DNA of 64,000 nucleotides from Candidatus Hydrogenedentota bacterium (GTDB taxonomy: Bacteria; Hydrogenedentota; Hydrogenedentia; Hydrogenedentales; SLHB01): the NCBI GenBank assembly GCA_963668025.2, contig CAXXTH010000019.1, positions 181,734-245,733 of the forward strand, written 5' to 3'. Positions within the stretch are counted from its first letter, which is position 1, and the number at the start of each line of letters is the position of its first letter. This document shows, in pieces, positions 17,201-27,513 of this stretch. The position numbers and the translations under genes are program-made. Below the pieces are notes generated by a model. The model was given only the letters and a program-made list of their open reading frames with translations. It was not told the DNA's origin and did no database searches.

Positions 17201-20022
17201 GCCAAGGCGCGGTGAACTTCGCGCTCAGCGATTCGTACGGGTATTACCGGATCAAGGTTGAATCGCCCGCCACCAAGCAATACAGCACGGTCTCGTTCTA
17301 TGCGTATGGCGAACACATCGAGGTCGTATCCGCACCGCGCCCCAGCCTGATCAAACTCACGTTGGATAAAGACCGCTATGAAGTGGGCGAAACGGCCCAG
17401 CTCAAAGTGGAGTCACCCTTCGACGGCAAAGGCATCGTGGTGCTGCAAGCCGGAAACATCCAACGCATGACGCCTATCGAGATCACGAATGGGATTGGCA
17501 TGCTGCCCATCGAGGTCACCCGCGAGCAATTCCCAAATGCGTGGATCGAGGTGACGGTCATACATGCCTTTGATATAGGCCACAAACAGGTCTACCCCTT
17601 CTCGAGTTTCGCCATGGCCGGGCTCACGGTGCATGATAACAACCGGGAACTGAAAGTGTCTTTACCCGAGTTGCCCGCCGAGATCCGCCCGGCGTCGCAG
17701 GCCACGTTCACCGTCGAGACGCGCAACAGCGCCGATGCGCCCACGCCCGCCGAGATCACCCTGGCCGCCGTGGATGAAGGCATCCACCTCGTGACCAACT
17801 ACGAGAATCCTAATCCATACAAATGGCTGAGCCGTACGCGCAGGCCCGACTTCCGGCGCAGCCATTACTACGATAAAATCGCGTATAATTTCGACAAGCC
17901 GGATGCGGGCGGCGACCTCGACGCCCTCCTGGGCAAACGGTCCACGTCGCCCGACGAGAACTGGATCAAACCGTTGTCGCTGTGGTCGGGCGTAGTGAAG
18001 ACAGACGCCAATGGCCGGGCTACGGTGTCTTTCGATGTGCCCGAATTTTCGGGCCAGCTCCGCCTGGTGGCAGTGGCGTCTTCTGACGCGGCCACGGGCG
18101 TTACGAGCGCCAATGTCTTTGTGCGGCGGCCCTATATGCTCCGCGCCAGCATGCCGCGCTTCCTGCTGCCGGGCGACCGCATCGATTGCAAGGTGGTGGT
18201 GTTCAACACCAGCGAAGCTCCGGTGAAGGCGGCCGTACGCTGGGCGGCTTCGGGGGCCATCGCCCAAGGCGAAGGCAGCCAAGTGCTCGATGTGCCCGCC
18301 AAGGGCGAGGCGAATGTATCGGCGGCGTTCACGGCGGCATTGGCCGTCGGGCAAGGGGCCATCCATTGGGAGGCCTCCATCACGGACGCGCAAGGCGCGG
18401 AGCTCGAGAAGCTGGTGCAAGACGCGCCCATACCGGTCCGCGCGCCCGCGGCATATCAATCGAGCCATGAACTCGCCGTGCTCAAGCCCGGCGAGACGCG
18501 CTCGTTCCGCAATGTGAAGTTTGTGGACGACGGCCGCGCGGAGATGCTCGTGGACGCCGGTGCGACGCCGTTCCTCCGGCTGACCTCCGCCTTGCGCTAC
18601 CTTATCGGCTACCCTCATGGGTGCGTCGAACAAACCACCTCGCGCCTGTTCCCGATGTTCATCCTGCGGCAGCAGATGGACGTGCTGGGCGCGGCGTTCG
18701 AGGAGAAGCCGAGGCAATATAGCGAAGTCGAAGTCAAGACCCAGGCCGATTTGGATGTGCTCATCCAAAACGGCATCTACCGCCTTTTCGCGATGCAGAC
18801 CTCGGAAGGCGGATTGAGCTTCTGGCCGGGTGATTCGGTAAATTACGAATACGGCTCCGTGTACGGTCTGCATTTCCTCACGCTCGTGAAAAACGCCCGC
18901 GTACTCGATGTGCCGGATGACAATTACGCCGCCCTCCAGCGCTACGTGCGCGGCGTCGCCACGAATTGGGGGGATTCCACGGATCAGTCCAACTATTACC
19001 TGCGCGCCTATGCGATTTACGTGTTATCGCTGGGCGGCGACCAGGAGGCCATCGGCCAGATCAGCCGCTTCGACACCATTTCGATTCCCGAATGCGGGCG
19101 GTATCTGCTGGCGGCGGCCGTGGCGCTCACGACGCAGGATAAGGCCCGGATCAGCCTGTATCTGACTTCCGCGCCTAAAGAACCTTACAACATCACGGAA
19201 CCGGACGGCACGCTCATTTCGGACATCCGAAACAAGGCTATCGAACTCATGGCCCTCCAGCAGGCTGGCGGCGAGGGCACGGACTTGGCGAAACGGGCGG
19301 ACGCCCTCTTCGCTTACCTTGAAAAGCAAGACCACGGCACCACGCAGGAAACGTCCTTCGTGGTCGCCGCGCTGGCGCAATATATCGAGGCGCTCCAAGC
19401 GAACATCAGTACCACGTCCGCCACGATCACGGGCCCGAAAGGCGAACAAGCCATCCAAGGAAATGCGATTTACAAAGACACACACGAAGGCCCCGGCGCT
19501 GCGTATACCGTGGCCAATACCGGCCAAGCGGACCTGTATGTCAACGTTACGACGCGCGGCGTGCCGATGGCCCCGAACCTTGAAGCCGTGTCGAATAATC
19601 TAGACGTCGAGCGCACGCTTTACACCAGCGCAGGCGAAGCGATTGACCTGTCCAAGCCGTACACATTCGACCAAGGGCGGAGCTACGTCGCGCAAGTGCG
19701 GTTCAACAGCGAACGGGAGCTTAAGAATCTGGTGGTAGTGGACCTCTTGCCTGCGGGCTTCGAACTCGAAAATCCGCGCTTGGATGTAGCCGCCATACCA
19801 GGAGCGGCATTTGAAAACGCCACGACACCCTCGAATCTCGATGTGCGCGATGACCGGATCATCCTGGCCTTCAACAGCATCGAGGCGGGCACGCACTACG
19901 CCTATTACGTCGTGCGCGCCATCACGCCGGGAACCTACCAGCACCCACCCGTCGAAGCGGAGTGCATGTATGATCCCACGGTAAACGCCTCGTCCGCACC
20001 TTCATCGGTGGAGGTGAAGTAA
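14209..20022 (+). CDS. yfhM: Bacterial alpha-2-macroglobulin (YfhM-like)
   Basis: DRELYRPGE, TLAAVDEGI, thioester motif YPHGCVEQTTS, DLLPAGFE, RDDR, PVEAECMYDP; lies upstream of pbpC. Confidence 0.95.
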   Translation: MQPSGVRTMFSRILSRNRLWSVLSLAAICLCAALALLEAKRPSYAQEASPAPPVEAAAPAPAPTPPQGGPYLNVVGAVPLPGDWLTNKIIVFFDQPIQAPGGPSSVLLGPGLPAECLIGSNYVRVQSSRIPSDRVVQLDLSGVQSADGKPINPEQKIQTFAAFVFAPQQVFFVQRQNGQIEMGMAFPTEVRADEVQAHLRAMDAKEQPVPFTVSPGKDAKIVQISVPETTAWPLQLIVSAGLKDASGFIALADEHTFSYMPSTDLAVSKVEWGTFSPERQDLHIYFSSPVLPDALKEHLSITDANSGEEVGYELDNTEASSDLVIGVHVSGQAQAQITVNISQGLESTDGMALGADYTANLAGPENRLAIQNYWWNYPEREGLALYLQLSQRVEANQLRQYIAVEPAIENLRVESEGYNSYMVYGDWKPQQAYTITVKAGLPYWGGQTLDSDQKAAIKTERLPAYMGFGYKDQYYFPRKAGMPLDMESRGVSKVKLTLYRLFPSNLPAAVEDINSGNGSWRFTTQFCEQLAQTEMPVANDPSSLVKTPIDISAMNLNNTRGVFCLEAEGKVSQSGEEDEGSRSGTKIIVWTDIGVLAHWQNQELALFAHDLYSLAPIARAKVTVYSAKNQVLAEWTTDEQGMAYLSGFNPSLGAPALAVVEHEQDFTFLPLQHNADDPVAYDEGQPFYDAKGYDAFIYADRELYRPGETAHVHWVVRQRYGDAVGALPLQMRILKPNGRKLLEQAVMLSDTGTGGFDFVSQRAYPTGKYTAQLLLPGKDNPIGSYTFSLEDFVPNRIKVKLNASEAPLRAGQPEQVSLNAQHLFGAPAADRKCELKIALQRKGFKSKQWEAFRFDNDADFKPDIVDLGQQTTDAEGNATFDFTYQAPAEATSPLMASLVGRVFELGGRSVGDAAQRVLFPSDIALGINAAAAAQGQGVDVQVVAIQPDESPAALDKVTVRLEKQSWNYYVRRYYGHHESNWSESFETVDTKEAPLTNGQGAVNFALSDSYGYYRIKVESPATKQYSTVSFYAYGEHIEVVSAPRPSLIKLTLDKDRYEVGETAQLKVESPFDGKGIVVLQAGNIQRMTPIEITNGIGMLPIEVTREQFPNAWIEVTVIHAFDIGHKQVYPFSSFAMAGLTVHDNNRELKVSLPELPAEIRPASQATFTVETRNSADAPTPAEITLAAVDEGIHLVTNYENPNPYKWLSRTRRPDFRRSHYYDKIAYNFDKPDAGGDLDALLGKRSTSPDENWIKPLSLWSGVVKTDANGRATVSFDVPEFSGQLRLVAVASSDAATGVTSANVFVRRPYMLRASMPRFLLPGDRIDCKVVVFNTSEAPVKAAVRWAASGAIAQGEGSQVLDVPAKGEANVSAAFTAALAVGQGAIHWEASITDAQGAELEKLVQDAPIPVRAPAAYQSSHELAVLKPGETRSFRNVKFVDDGRAEMLVDAGATPFLRLTSALRYLIGYPHGCVEQTTSRLFPMFILRQQMDVLGAAFEEKPRQYSEVEVKTQADLDVLIQNGIYRLFAMQTSEGGLSFWPGDSVNYEYGSVYGLHFLTLVKNARVLDVPDDNYAALQRYVRGVATNWGDSTDQSNYYLRAYAIYVLSLGGDQEAIGQISRFDTISIPECGRYLLAAAVALTTQDKARISLYLTSAPKEPYNITEPDGTLISDIRNKAIELMALQQAGGEGTDLAKRADALFAYLEKQDHGTTQETSFVVAALAQYIEALQANISTTSATITGPKGEQAIQGNAIYKDTHEGPGAAYTVANTGQADLYVNVTTRGVPMAPNLEAVSNNLDVERTLYTSAGEAIDLSKPYTFDQGRSYVAQVRFNSERELKNLVVVDLLPAGFELENPRLDVAAIPGAAFENATTPSNLDVRDDRIILAFNSIEAGTHYAYYVVRAITPGTYQHPPVEAECMYDPTVNASSAPSSVEVK

Positions 20023-20039
20023 GGTAAGCACGTTTGATA

Positions 20040-20122
20040 AACGCCGAGGCGCGGAGAACGCAAAGGTGCGCGGAGAATAGAAAAAACTCTGCGACACTCC
20101 ACGTTCTCAGCGCCTCTGCGTT
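20040..20122. repeat. Palindromic repeat AACGCCGAGGCGCGGAG...CTCAGCGCCTCTGCGTT
   Basis: Inverted arms visible; related to 6241-6390. Confidence 0.7.
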
Positions 20123-20141
20123 GGAATCATAACGGAAGTTT

Positions 20142-20245
20142 TTTAGACAGGATTTACAGGATTCTACAAGATTCAGATAGCCGCTTATAAAGTCAGAGAT
20201 TCCATCCGAATCTCTCCAATCTTCATCTTGTAAATCCTGTCTAAA
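20142..20245. repeat. Palindromic repeat TTTAGACAGGATTTACAGGAT...ATCTTGTAAATCCTGTCTAAA
   Basis: About 21-bp near-perfect inverted arms. Confidence 0.75.
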
Positions 20246-20278
20246 GAAGCCCGTGCTTTAACCGGATAGAGATGGGCA

Positions 20279-22621
20279 ATGGTTGCATATATCTCACAAG
20301 CATGGCGGCATGTTCGCGCCCGTTTCTACCGCTGGGCGCTGCGCGGTCTCCTCGCTGGCCTGCTCATCACCGTGTTGGGTGGGATTGCCGTGTTCGCGTG
20401 GCCTATGGACGCGGAGGCGTATTTGCACGCACCGGCGTCGGGCGAACTGATGGACCGCGCTGGGCGGCCGATGTATGCCTATCTGAACCCCGCACAGCAA
20501 TGGTGTTTCGTGCGCGAGCTGGACGCCATCAGCCCGTGGCTCGTGAAGGCGACACTGGCCGCCGAGGACCAGCGGTTCTACTCCCACCCGGGCGTGGACC
20601 CCATCGCTGTCTTGCGCGCCTTCGTGCAGAATGTGCGCGGAAGACGCATCGCTTCGGGGGCCTCGACCCTCACCATGCAGGCCGTCAAAATCGCCCAGCC
20701 TGCGCCGCGCGGATGGTGGTCGAAAGTGCGCCAGGCCATCAACGCCTTGCGCCTCGAACGGCATGCCTCGAAAAACCGCATCCTGCAAGCCTATCTGAAC
20801 GGCGCACCGTACGGTATGAACCTTGTCGGATGCGAGGCGGCGGCGCAACGGTATTTCGGGCGCCCGGCGCGCGAACTCACGTTGCCCGAGGCGGCCCTTC
20901 TCGCCGGGCTCCCGAAAGCGCCCACGAACTACATGCCTCTCGAACACCGCGAGCGCGCCATGGAACGGCGCAGCCAAGTCCTTGAACGCATGCGCGCCGA
21001 GGGCTTCATCACGGAAGCGGAATGCGCGGAAGCGCGCCAAGCGCCCCTGGGGGCGCAATGGCATGATTTCCCGGCGCTGTCGCCCCACCTGGCCATGCGC
21101 CTCGCGCCCGAGGCGGCGCGGCAAGGCGGGCCCCTCGCCACCACGCTGGACGCGGGGATTCAGGCCATGGCCGAGCGCCTCGTGTCGCGCGCCACAAAAG
21201 GATACGATGGCGAGATCACCAACGCCGCCGCCATTGTCATCGATACGGACACGGCGGACGTGCTGGCGCGGGCAGGCTCGGCCAATTTCTACAATACGCC
21301 CGGCGGCGGCCAAGTGGACGCCACCCATGCGCCACGCTCCCCCGGCTCGACACTGAAACCCTTCACCTACGCCCTCGCCATGGAGCGCAATTGCCTGTAT
21401 CCCGAGGAGTCCTTGTATGACGGCTCCCTCGATTACGGCATGTATAATCCGTTGAACTACGACGGCCAATACCGCGGCCTTATTCCGGCCTCGTTTGCCT
21501 TGCGCCGCTCGTTGAATGTGCCTGCCGTGACGGTCCTCGACCGTGTAGGCGAAAGCGAGGCATACGCCTTCCTGCAAAACATTGGCCTGACCACCTTGCA
21601 TTATTCGCCGGAGCATTACGGCCTCGGGCTCACCCTCGGCAGTTGCGAAGCCTATCTCGATGAACTGGCGGCGGCCTACGCCATGCTGGCGCGCTTGGGC
21701 GAATACCGGCCGCTACGCCAGCTCGCCAGCGATCCCGAAGGCCCGTCGAAGCGCGTCCTGTCGCGCGGCGTCTGCCTCAGCCTATACGAAATGCTCAACC
21801 AGGAACTCCCCGGCGAGCCCGCCCAGGAATTGGTGCGCGGCGGCGGCGTATTGCCGCGCGTTTGCTGGAAGACCGGCACCTCGACCGGCCACCACGACGC
21901 TTGGGCCTTCGCCTATAACCAGCAATATGTCGTGGGCGTCTGGATGGGCAACAACGATGGGAAATCTTCGAAATGGCTCGCAGGTGCGCGTTCGGCACTG
22001 CCGCTGGCCCGGCGTATTTTCCGTAGCCTGCCCCCGCGCAGCACGCCTTATTGGCCCGAAGCGGGCAATGACTGGCGCGAGATTGAAGTCTGCGCCGTGA
22101 GCGGGCTTCCCTCCACGCCCTGGTGCCGGCACACCCGCACGGCCCACATCCCCAGCAGCCAATACTCGACCCGCCGCTGCGACGTACATTACCCCGCGCC
22201 GGATGCGCCCGGCGGCGTCCTCGAACGCTGGCCTGGCAGCGCGCGAAGCTGGGATCTGGCGCGTATCGATGCGCCTGTCACCATGGACGCCCGCGATGGA
22301 GCAAACAACGCGGCGCGCGCGGAAGCACTCCGTATTCTCGAACCGTCCGACCAGTCCGAATTCGTCCTGACGGGTGAGCCGCGCGGCGACACCGTGCGGT
22401 TGCGCACCTCCCTCGACGCCCAATCAAACGTCTATTGGTACCTGGACGACACCTATCTGGGCGTCTCGACGGCGGACAAGCCCCTCATGCTGCCCTTGAG
22501 CGAGGGCGAGCACAAACTCACCTGCATGGCGGGCGCGGATTCAGCCGTCCCTTCCGGCGCCACCCACACCGTCCAATTCCGCGTCGAATCCCCCAGCGGC
22601 GCGCCCAGCTTCAGGCCGTAA
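20279..22621 (+). CDS. pbpC: Penicillin-binding protein 1C
   Basis: EDQRFYSHPGVD and SGASTLTMQ (GT51); STLK, SLN and KTGTS (transpeptidase); C-terminal BiPBP_C-like domain; adjacent to alpha-2-macroglobulin. Confidence 0.95.
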   Translation: MVAYISQAWRHVRARFYRWALRGLLAGLLITVLGGIAVFAWPMDAEAYLHAPASGELMDRAGRPMYAYLNPAQQWCFVRELDAISPWLVKATLAAEDQRFYSHPGVDPIAVLRAFVQNVRGRRIASGASTLTMQAVKIAQPAPRGWWSKVRQAINALRLERHASKNRILQAYLNGAPYGMNLVGCEAAAQRYFGRPARELTLPEAALLAGLPKAPTNYMPLEHRERAMERRSQVLERMRAEGFITEAECAEARQAPLGAQWHDFPALSPHLAMRLAPEAARQGGPLATTLDAGIQAMAERLVSRATKGYDGEITNAAAIVIDTDTADVLARAGSANFYNTPGGGQVDATHAPRSPGSTLKPFTYALAMERNCLYPEESLYDGSLDYGMYNPLNYDGQYRGLIPASFALRRSLNVPAVTVLDRVGESEAYAFLQNIGLTTLHYSPEHYGLGLTLGSCEAYLDELAAAYAMLARLGEYRPLRQLASDPEGPSKRVLSRGVCLSLYEMLNQELPGEPAQELVRGGGVLPRVCWKTGTSTGHHDAWAFAYNQQYVVGVWMGNNDGKSSKWLAGARSALPLARRIFRSLPPRSTPYWPEAGNDWREIEVCAVSGLPSTPWCRHTRTAHIPSSQYSTRRCDVHYPAPDAPGGVLERWPGSARSWDLARIDAPVTMDARDGANNAARAEALRILEPSDQSEFVLTGEPRGDTVRLRTSLDAQSNVYWYLDDTYLGVSTADKPLMLPLSEGEHKLTCMAGADSAVPSGATHTVQFRVESPSGAPSFRP

Positions 22622-22684
22622 CACGGCTACTGCAACAAGTTGTGATTCGACTGCAAAACCACATCGATATCGAATTATTTAAAA

Positions 22685-23006
22685 CGGATCTTCCAGCAGA
22701 CGCCGCAGTCAGTTATTGTTGTAAGTCATAGTCATTATTGAGTCTTTCTGTGGCCGGTCAGTTTTTTCTTCGTGGCTACCGGGATGTGTTTTCGAGGAAA
22801 CGCGGTGGGGACGCTACGTCCGCGACGGCGTATAGGGCCGCTACGGAGGAGCGGGGTTGGGGCACGGTGAAGCAGGCCGCGCGGCCGGGAAAATGGAGTT
22901 CGATGGCGCACAGGCTGGCCAATTGTATCAATCCTTCTTCCACGGTCAGATCCAGTTCAGCCCAAACGCGGGCCAGGATGCAGTGCAGCAAATAGGCGAG
23001 CATGAC
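22685..23006 (-). pseudogene. IS1634-family transposase 3' remnant
   Basis: VMLAYLL...WAELDLTVEEGL..LASLC, then a frameshifted PVATKKKL end; boundaries approximate. Confidence 0.6.
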
Positions 23007-23007
23007 A

Positions 23008-23177
23008 GAGGCCATTGATGGCTACAATCAATTCCTCAAGTTGGCCGAGGAATATGCCGACGAAATCATCCGTCGTACACGACAGGAGCAAGGCAAAAAC
23101 AAAAAACGAAAAAGAATGGCAGGACAAGCTATAAACATCTGATATAGAATCCTGCATTATTAGATGCGTCCGCCATG
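23008..23177 (+). mobile_element. Remnant end of an ISAs1-type element with the C-terminal part of its accessory ORF
   Basis: 23008-23142 encodes EAIDGYNQFLKLAEEYADEIIRRTR, homologous to the 41824 ORF; ttagatgcgtccgccatg (23160-23177) matches the ISAs1 TIR at 15/18. Confidence 0.75.
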
Positions 23178-23180
23178 AAG

Positions 23181-23213
23181 AAAAAGGAGGAACCCTCTTT
23201 CGAGGGTTCCTCC
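23181..23213 (-). terminator. Intrinsic terminator of the MCP gene
   Basis: 12-bp stem ggaggaaccctc/gagggttcctcc with GAAA loop and U-tract on the minus strand. Confidence 0.85.
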
Positions 23214-23235
23214 CAATGGCTATATCGCGATTTTT

Positions 23236-25257
23236 CTAGAAATCGCTCAGGTCGTCATCATCCAACGGAAGCACTTCTTCTGCTTTCACGACCCGTTCCC
23301 TGCCTGTAGGGGCGGCTGTTCTTTGCCCACTTTGGTGGGCAAGCATGCGGGGCGCGGGGGCTTTAGCCGCAGGCTTCTTGGGCGAATGGTCCCGCTGCGG
23401 CATCGATGGACGGTGCAACGAGGCTCCACGGCGCGAACCAGAGGACTTGGCGCTTCCGCCGACCATGGCCGAGAGCATCTCGACGACATCATTCATTTCG
23501 TTGGCCTGGGCGGATAGCTCTTCACTGGCCGAAGCCGCCTCTTCCGAATTAGCGGCGTTGGCCTGCGTCACCTGGTCCATCTGTGCTACGGCGGTATTGA
23601 CTTGGTCAATGCCTTGGGCCTGTTCACGGGCGGCGCTCGTCACTTCTTGCAGCAGTGCGCCCACTTTGCCGGCGCTGTCATTGATCTCGTTGAGCGCCTT
23701 CGCCACTTGCCCGGTCACCTCGACGCCATTGTCCGAATTGCGCTGCGACTGCTCGATGAGCTGGGCCGTGTCGCGGGCCGCCTCGGCGCTACGCTGGGCC
23801 AGATTACGCACTTCTTCGGCCACCACGGCGAAGCCTTTGCCCGCCTCGCCCGCGCGGGCCGCTTCAACGGCCGCGTTGAGGGCCAGCAGATTCGTCTGGA
23901 ACGCCACTTCGTCGATGGTCTTCACGATGCGCGCCGTTTCATCCGACGATTTCTTAATCTCGCCAATGGCCGCCGACATCTGCTGCATGGATTGGCGCGC
24001 CCGCGTGACAATGTCCGTGGTCTCTTTCATGAGCGCATTGGCCTGGGCGCTGTTGTCCGCCGTCTGCCGTGTCATGCTGGCCATTTCCTCGAGCGAAGCC
24101 GAGGTTTCCTCGAGGCTCGATGCCTGTTCGCTTGCGCCTTCCGCCATGGACTGGCTGGATTGCGCCACTTGCTGCGACGCGGATGCCACCTGATCAGAGC
24201 CGCTGGTCAGATTCGCGATCACGGCGGTGAGCTTGCGCGTAATACTCCTCGTGATCCAAACAGCCAGAATTAAGCCCAAGAGAAGAGCCACACCTAAGAC
24301 AATCCACATGATGTACGATGCTCTGTTCAGGGATGTATTGGCGGCCTCTGTCACTTTGTTGGTTTCATCTACGCCCGTTTTCGCGATTGATTGAGCCGCA
24401 TCGCGCAAATTATTTACGGCTGTGAGGCGCACGCCGGCAAGGGTGTCTAAATCTCTCCAAGCTTTAACGAAAGCGGCTATCGCATTCTGATAATCTACGG
24501 TACTGGTGCGGATGATCTCGATCTGCTTCCGATTCGCTTCCTCGCGCGTGACAGCATCAAGAGCATCTAATAGAGGATTTATATCTTTGAATATTTCCAG
24601 CGCTTTCTCAACATCACCCACCTTGTTCATTTTTTGCGCGACCCAGATATTAAGGCGGATCATATTGAAGGACTTTTCTATTGCGTTCGCATTTTTGATC
24701 TTCGTCATACGTTCTTGGAGTCGGGCGGCGTCCGCGGCTTGCGCGATTTCATCGTTTGCGATTTTATACTGGCTGTCGATGTATGCTGCGCAGTTTTCCG
24801 CAATGGCAGATGATGCGACGCCACAGTCGGCTACCCTGGCGGCTTTATCAGCAAATAACTTCTTTGTATCTTCGATCTTCGTCATATAGTCTTCAAATTT
24901 AGTTCGCGCGTCCGTGGACTTTTCTTTTAAGTTTGTAAGTTTTTTTGCTTTATCCGCCAAATCGTCGAGTTCTTTTAAAGAATTCCTCACTTCTTTCGCG
25001 TTTTCTTGTCCTGCGGTATAATATTTATCCTCTTCACTGATGCTGTATCCGCGCATTTCAAACATGACCAGAAGGACATTTCGTTCCAGAGCATTGGCAT
25101 TTGTCACTTCCGGCATGTATTCTGTAGCCAAATCACTGACTTGGGTTTTGACGCCAGACATGGTCTTAACCGCATACAATCCCAGAATTGCGGCGAGTAG
25201 AATAAGCACCGCAAACCCCCATCCAATCTGTTTTCCAAGTGTCAAATTCTTTAGCAT
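23236..25257 (-). CDS. Methyl-accepting chemotaxis protein
   Basis: Two TM helices flanking a periplasmic domain; [40 protein letters not shown]; C-terminal DDLSDF; AAGGAG before ATG 25257. Confidence 0.95.
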   Translation of the reverse strand: MLKNLTLGKQIGWGFAVLILLAAILGLYAVKTMSGVKTQVSDLATEYMPEVTNANALERNVLLVMFEMRGYSISEEDKYYTAGQENAKEVRNSLKELDDLADKAKKLTNLKEKSTDARTKFEDYMTKIEDTKKLFADKAARVADCGVASSAIAENCAAYIDSQYKIANDEIAQAADAARLQERMTKIKNANAIEKSFNMIRLNIWVAQKMNKVGDVEKALEIFKDINPLLDALDAVTREEANRKQIEIIRTSTVDYQNAIAAFVKAWRDLDTLAGVRLTAVNNLRDAAQSIAKTGVDETNKVTEAANTSLNRASYIMWIVLGVALLLGLILAVWITRSITRKLTAVIANLTSGSDQVASASQQVAQSSQSMAEGASEQASSLEETSASLEEMASMTRQTADNSAQANALMKETTDIVTRARQSMQQMSAAIGEIKKSSDETARIVKTIDEVAFQTNLLALNAAVEAARAGEAGKGFAVVAEEVRNLAQRSAEAARDTAQLIEQSQRNSDNGVEVTGQVAKALNEINDSAGKVGALLQEVTSAAREQAQGIDQVNTAVAQMDQVTQANAANSEEAASASEELSAQANEMNDVVEMLSAMVGGSAKSSGSRRGASLHRPSMPQRDHSPKKPAAKAPAPRMLAHQSGQRTAAPTGRERVVKAEEVLPLDDDDLSDF

Positions 25258-25685
25258 TGGCGCTCTCCTTCTCTTACCGGTCCCCACCACAAGTAGTTGG
25301 ATGCAAAAGCCCGCGTTTTGCTTCGGCTGCCTTCACAAAATACATGCCGAGTGCTTCATTATGTACATATTTTCAAGTAATATTCGTATTTTACCATATT
25401 AGCGGTGCTAAGTCTACAGATTTTATTTGATTTGGCCGGATTTTAAAACAGGTTCCCCTCGTCTGCTTGCGGGTATTTACTTGACGGCTTTTCTTCTTTC
25501 TCATGGAGCGATTTTCTCATCAATATAGGGTGCAGCTCTATCACTATTGCTCCATTCGTCTTGCTGAGGGATAGCCACAATTTATTGCGAGCCGTTTTTG
25601 AGCGCGCGAATGAACCAAAATACATGGCGGATTTGCTTCACCACCTAATAGCATTTGTTGTGAAAAAAACCGTAAACTACCTTGT

Positions 25686-25751
25686 TGTCATTCCCGCGAA
25701 AGCGGGAATCCAGTGCAAATTATCTGGATCCCCGCGTTCGCGGGGATGACA
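25686..25751. repeat. GTCATTCCCGCGAAAGCGGGAATCCAG-type palindromic doublet (dRS3/RPE-like)
   Basis: tgtcattcccgcgaaagcgggaatccag ... ctggatccccgcgttcgcggggatgaca. Confidence 0.8.
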
Positions 25752-25857
25752 GGTAGGCGGTTTTACGTTATTTCTTCAATACATACGCATGATATATTCT
25801 TCCGGGAGCGGTAATAACAGAACTGCATCCTTAATAAAGACGCCAGCATCAAGCGAT

Positions 25858-27336
25858 TTATTTCTGGTGTTTTATTGCGCCAGCCAGGAGCAGTATGCCG
25901 GCCAGGAGCCCTAGAGGCGCAGGCAGACTGGGCGGCGGCCCCTCGGGAATCAGCGCTACATTCAAAAATGGCGCGGAGCCGGTGTCCGCTACGGTGGCGT
26001 CCAATTCCATGGTGTGATAGCCTGCCGCTTCGATGGTGGCCGTATAGGTTCCTGGCAACAGCATGCGGTAGAAATCGCCGGTTTCGGGGTCCGTCGAAAC
26101 CGCTTGCGTGTTGCCTTCGATGGTGATGCGCGCGGATACCGGTTCACCCGTATACGCATCCGCCACCACGCCGCTCACGCCCCAGAAGACGGTTTCAAGG
26201 TAGCTCAGCATGGACTCGCGATTGTTTTCCCACATGGCATCCAGCGTCGAATATGTAGGCGCAAAGCTGTTCGAGATCTCGATGGTGACTTCATTGCAGC
26301 CCGCATAACGGTAATTCCAGTCTTGCATGCCGCCTGAGATGGAGTACCATTCCGCGCCGTTGGTGATGCCGTGGGTGAAGAACGCGCTGGCGTACATCGG
26401 GGCGTTATACATGGAATATTGCAGGGAAATCGCCGCGAAGAGCGCCTCATCGGGCGAGGGCGAATAGACGCTGCCCATGCCGTCATCGTCGTAAGGGTAA
26501 TTCACGACGATGCTTCCCGTATGGAAATTCGCAGACAAGACGAACCGGTGTGCGGCGGTCCATTGCATAATCGCCGCCACTTCAGGCTCGCGGCACGATA
26601 CATCCACGGCAGCGCCTTCCGCGAGCGCGCCATCGAATTCCGAGGGCCACTCGGGAAAGGAACGGTTCAAATCGTATCCGTTGCCGTTGTAGCGGCTGTT
26701 CGCATTGAGCCCGTCGGGATTCATCAGCGGCACGACCCAGATATCCGTTGCATCGACCAGCGACGTGGCGCGCTCGATGGTTCCGTAATTCTCGAGCAAA
26801 TAGGCGATGAACCGCAGGCACATCTCCATGCCGGGCGGTTCATTGCCATGCATCGAGCCGATGTATTTAAACTCCGGTTCGCATTCATCCATGTTTGGGT
26901 TGTCCGTGATGCGCAATGCCCAGAGCTCCCGGCCTTGCACGGATTCCCCGAGGCTTTCCAGGCGGCATATGGATGGATAGGCGTCCGCGAAATCGTTGAG
27001 CGCGGACGTGAGCGTGGCGTAGGTATGGTATCCCGCCACCGCGAGGGGGGCCTTAGATGGTTCGGATAGGATGGCCGCGTCCACCCCCGCGCTGCGCAAA
27101 TTCGCCAGTTCTTCGGCTGTGGCGTAGAGCGTGGCGAAGCCGGGGCGTACGCTATCGACATCATAACCGGCTTCCGCAAGCCGGTGCGCCTCTTCGGGCG
27201 TGGCGCAGTCGGCCTCCACCAGGTAGATATTTCCAGTGCGCGGCCCCGCGCCAAGTCCTGGCGGAAACCATGCGTCTCCTATTGCACCGTAACTGAACAA
27301 CCATCCCGCCATCATGGCCAAGGCTATTCGATTCAA
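25858..27336 (-). CDS. M14 (N/E-type) zinc carboxypeptidase with regulatory-like domain and C-terminal TM anchor
   Basis: MHGNE, RYNGNGYDLNRSFP, NFHTG, GGMQDWNY, EVTIEIS; likely TTG start at 27336 after AGGAG (the longer ORF runs through a repeat). Confidence 0.9.
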   Translation of the reverse strand: MNRIALAMMAGWLFSYGAIGDAWFPPGLGAGPRTGNIYLVEADCATPEEAHRLAEAGYDVDSVRPGFATLYATAEELANLRSAGVDAAILSEPSKAPLAVAGYHTYATLTSALNDFADAYPSICRLESLGESVQGRELWALRITDNPNMDECEPEFKYIGSMHGNEPPGMEMCLRFIAYLLENYGTIERATSLVDATDIWVVPLMNPDGLNANSRYNGNGYDLNRSFPEWPSEFDGALAEGAAVDVSCREPEVAAIMQWTAAHRFVLSANFHTGSIVVNYPYDDDGMGSVYSPSPDEALFAAISLQYSMYNAPMYASAFFTHGITNGAEWYSISGGMQDWNYRYAGCNEVTIEISNSFAPTYSTLDAMWENNRESMLSYLETVFWGVSGVVADAYTGEPVSARITIEGNTQAVSTDPETGDFYRMLLPGTYTATIEAAGYHTMELDATVADTGSAPFLNVALIPEGPPPSLPAPLGLLAGILLLAGAIKHQK

Positions 27337-27423
27337 TATATCCACTCCTGTACCGCTAACACCCGAAAAAATTAGTTTGCGAAGATTTACCAGGGAAACC
27401 ATTGTATAGGTGTATCCCATGAA

Positions 27424-27505
27424 CGGTGGGGTAAGCCTCACCCTACAAATTTTCGTGTATTTCGTGTATTTAGTGGTCTCGTATTCCGGCTCTTTGGCTG
27501 TGGCC
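27424..27505 (-). repeat. Composite repeat: GCCACAGCCAAAGA..CCGGA + ACCAC(T/G)AAATACAC(T/G)AAA + GTAG-REP
   Basis: Same module order as the copies at 34330 and 46468. Confidence 0.75.
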
Positions 27506-27513
27506 ATGTCATG

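Noticed and set aside
25260-25440. c-di-GMP riboswitch upstream of the MCP gene
   Set aside because: Only a short hairpin; GEMM consensus elements (GGCAAA...GAAA...GACGCAAA) not found
27337-27507. N-terminal extensions of ORFs 25858..27507, 34367..36004 and 46137..46700
   Set aside because: They read through intergenic repeats; better RBS-linked starts exist downstream
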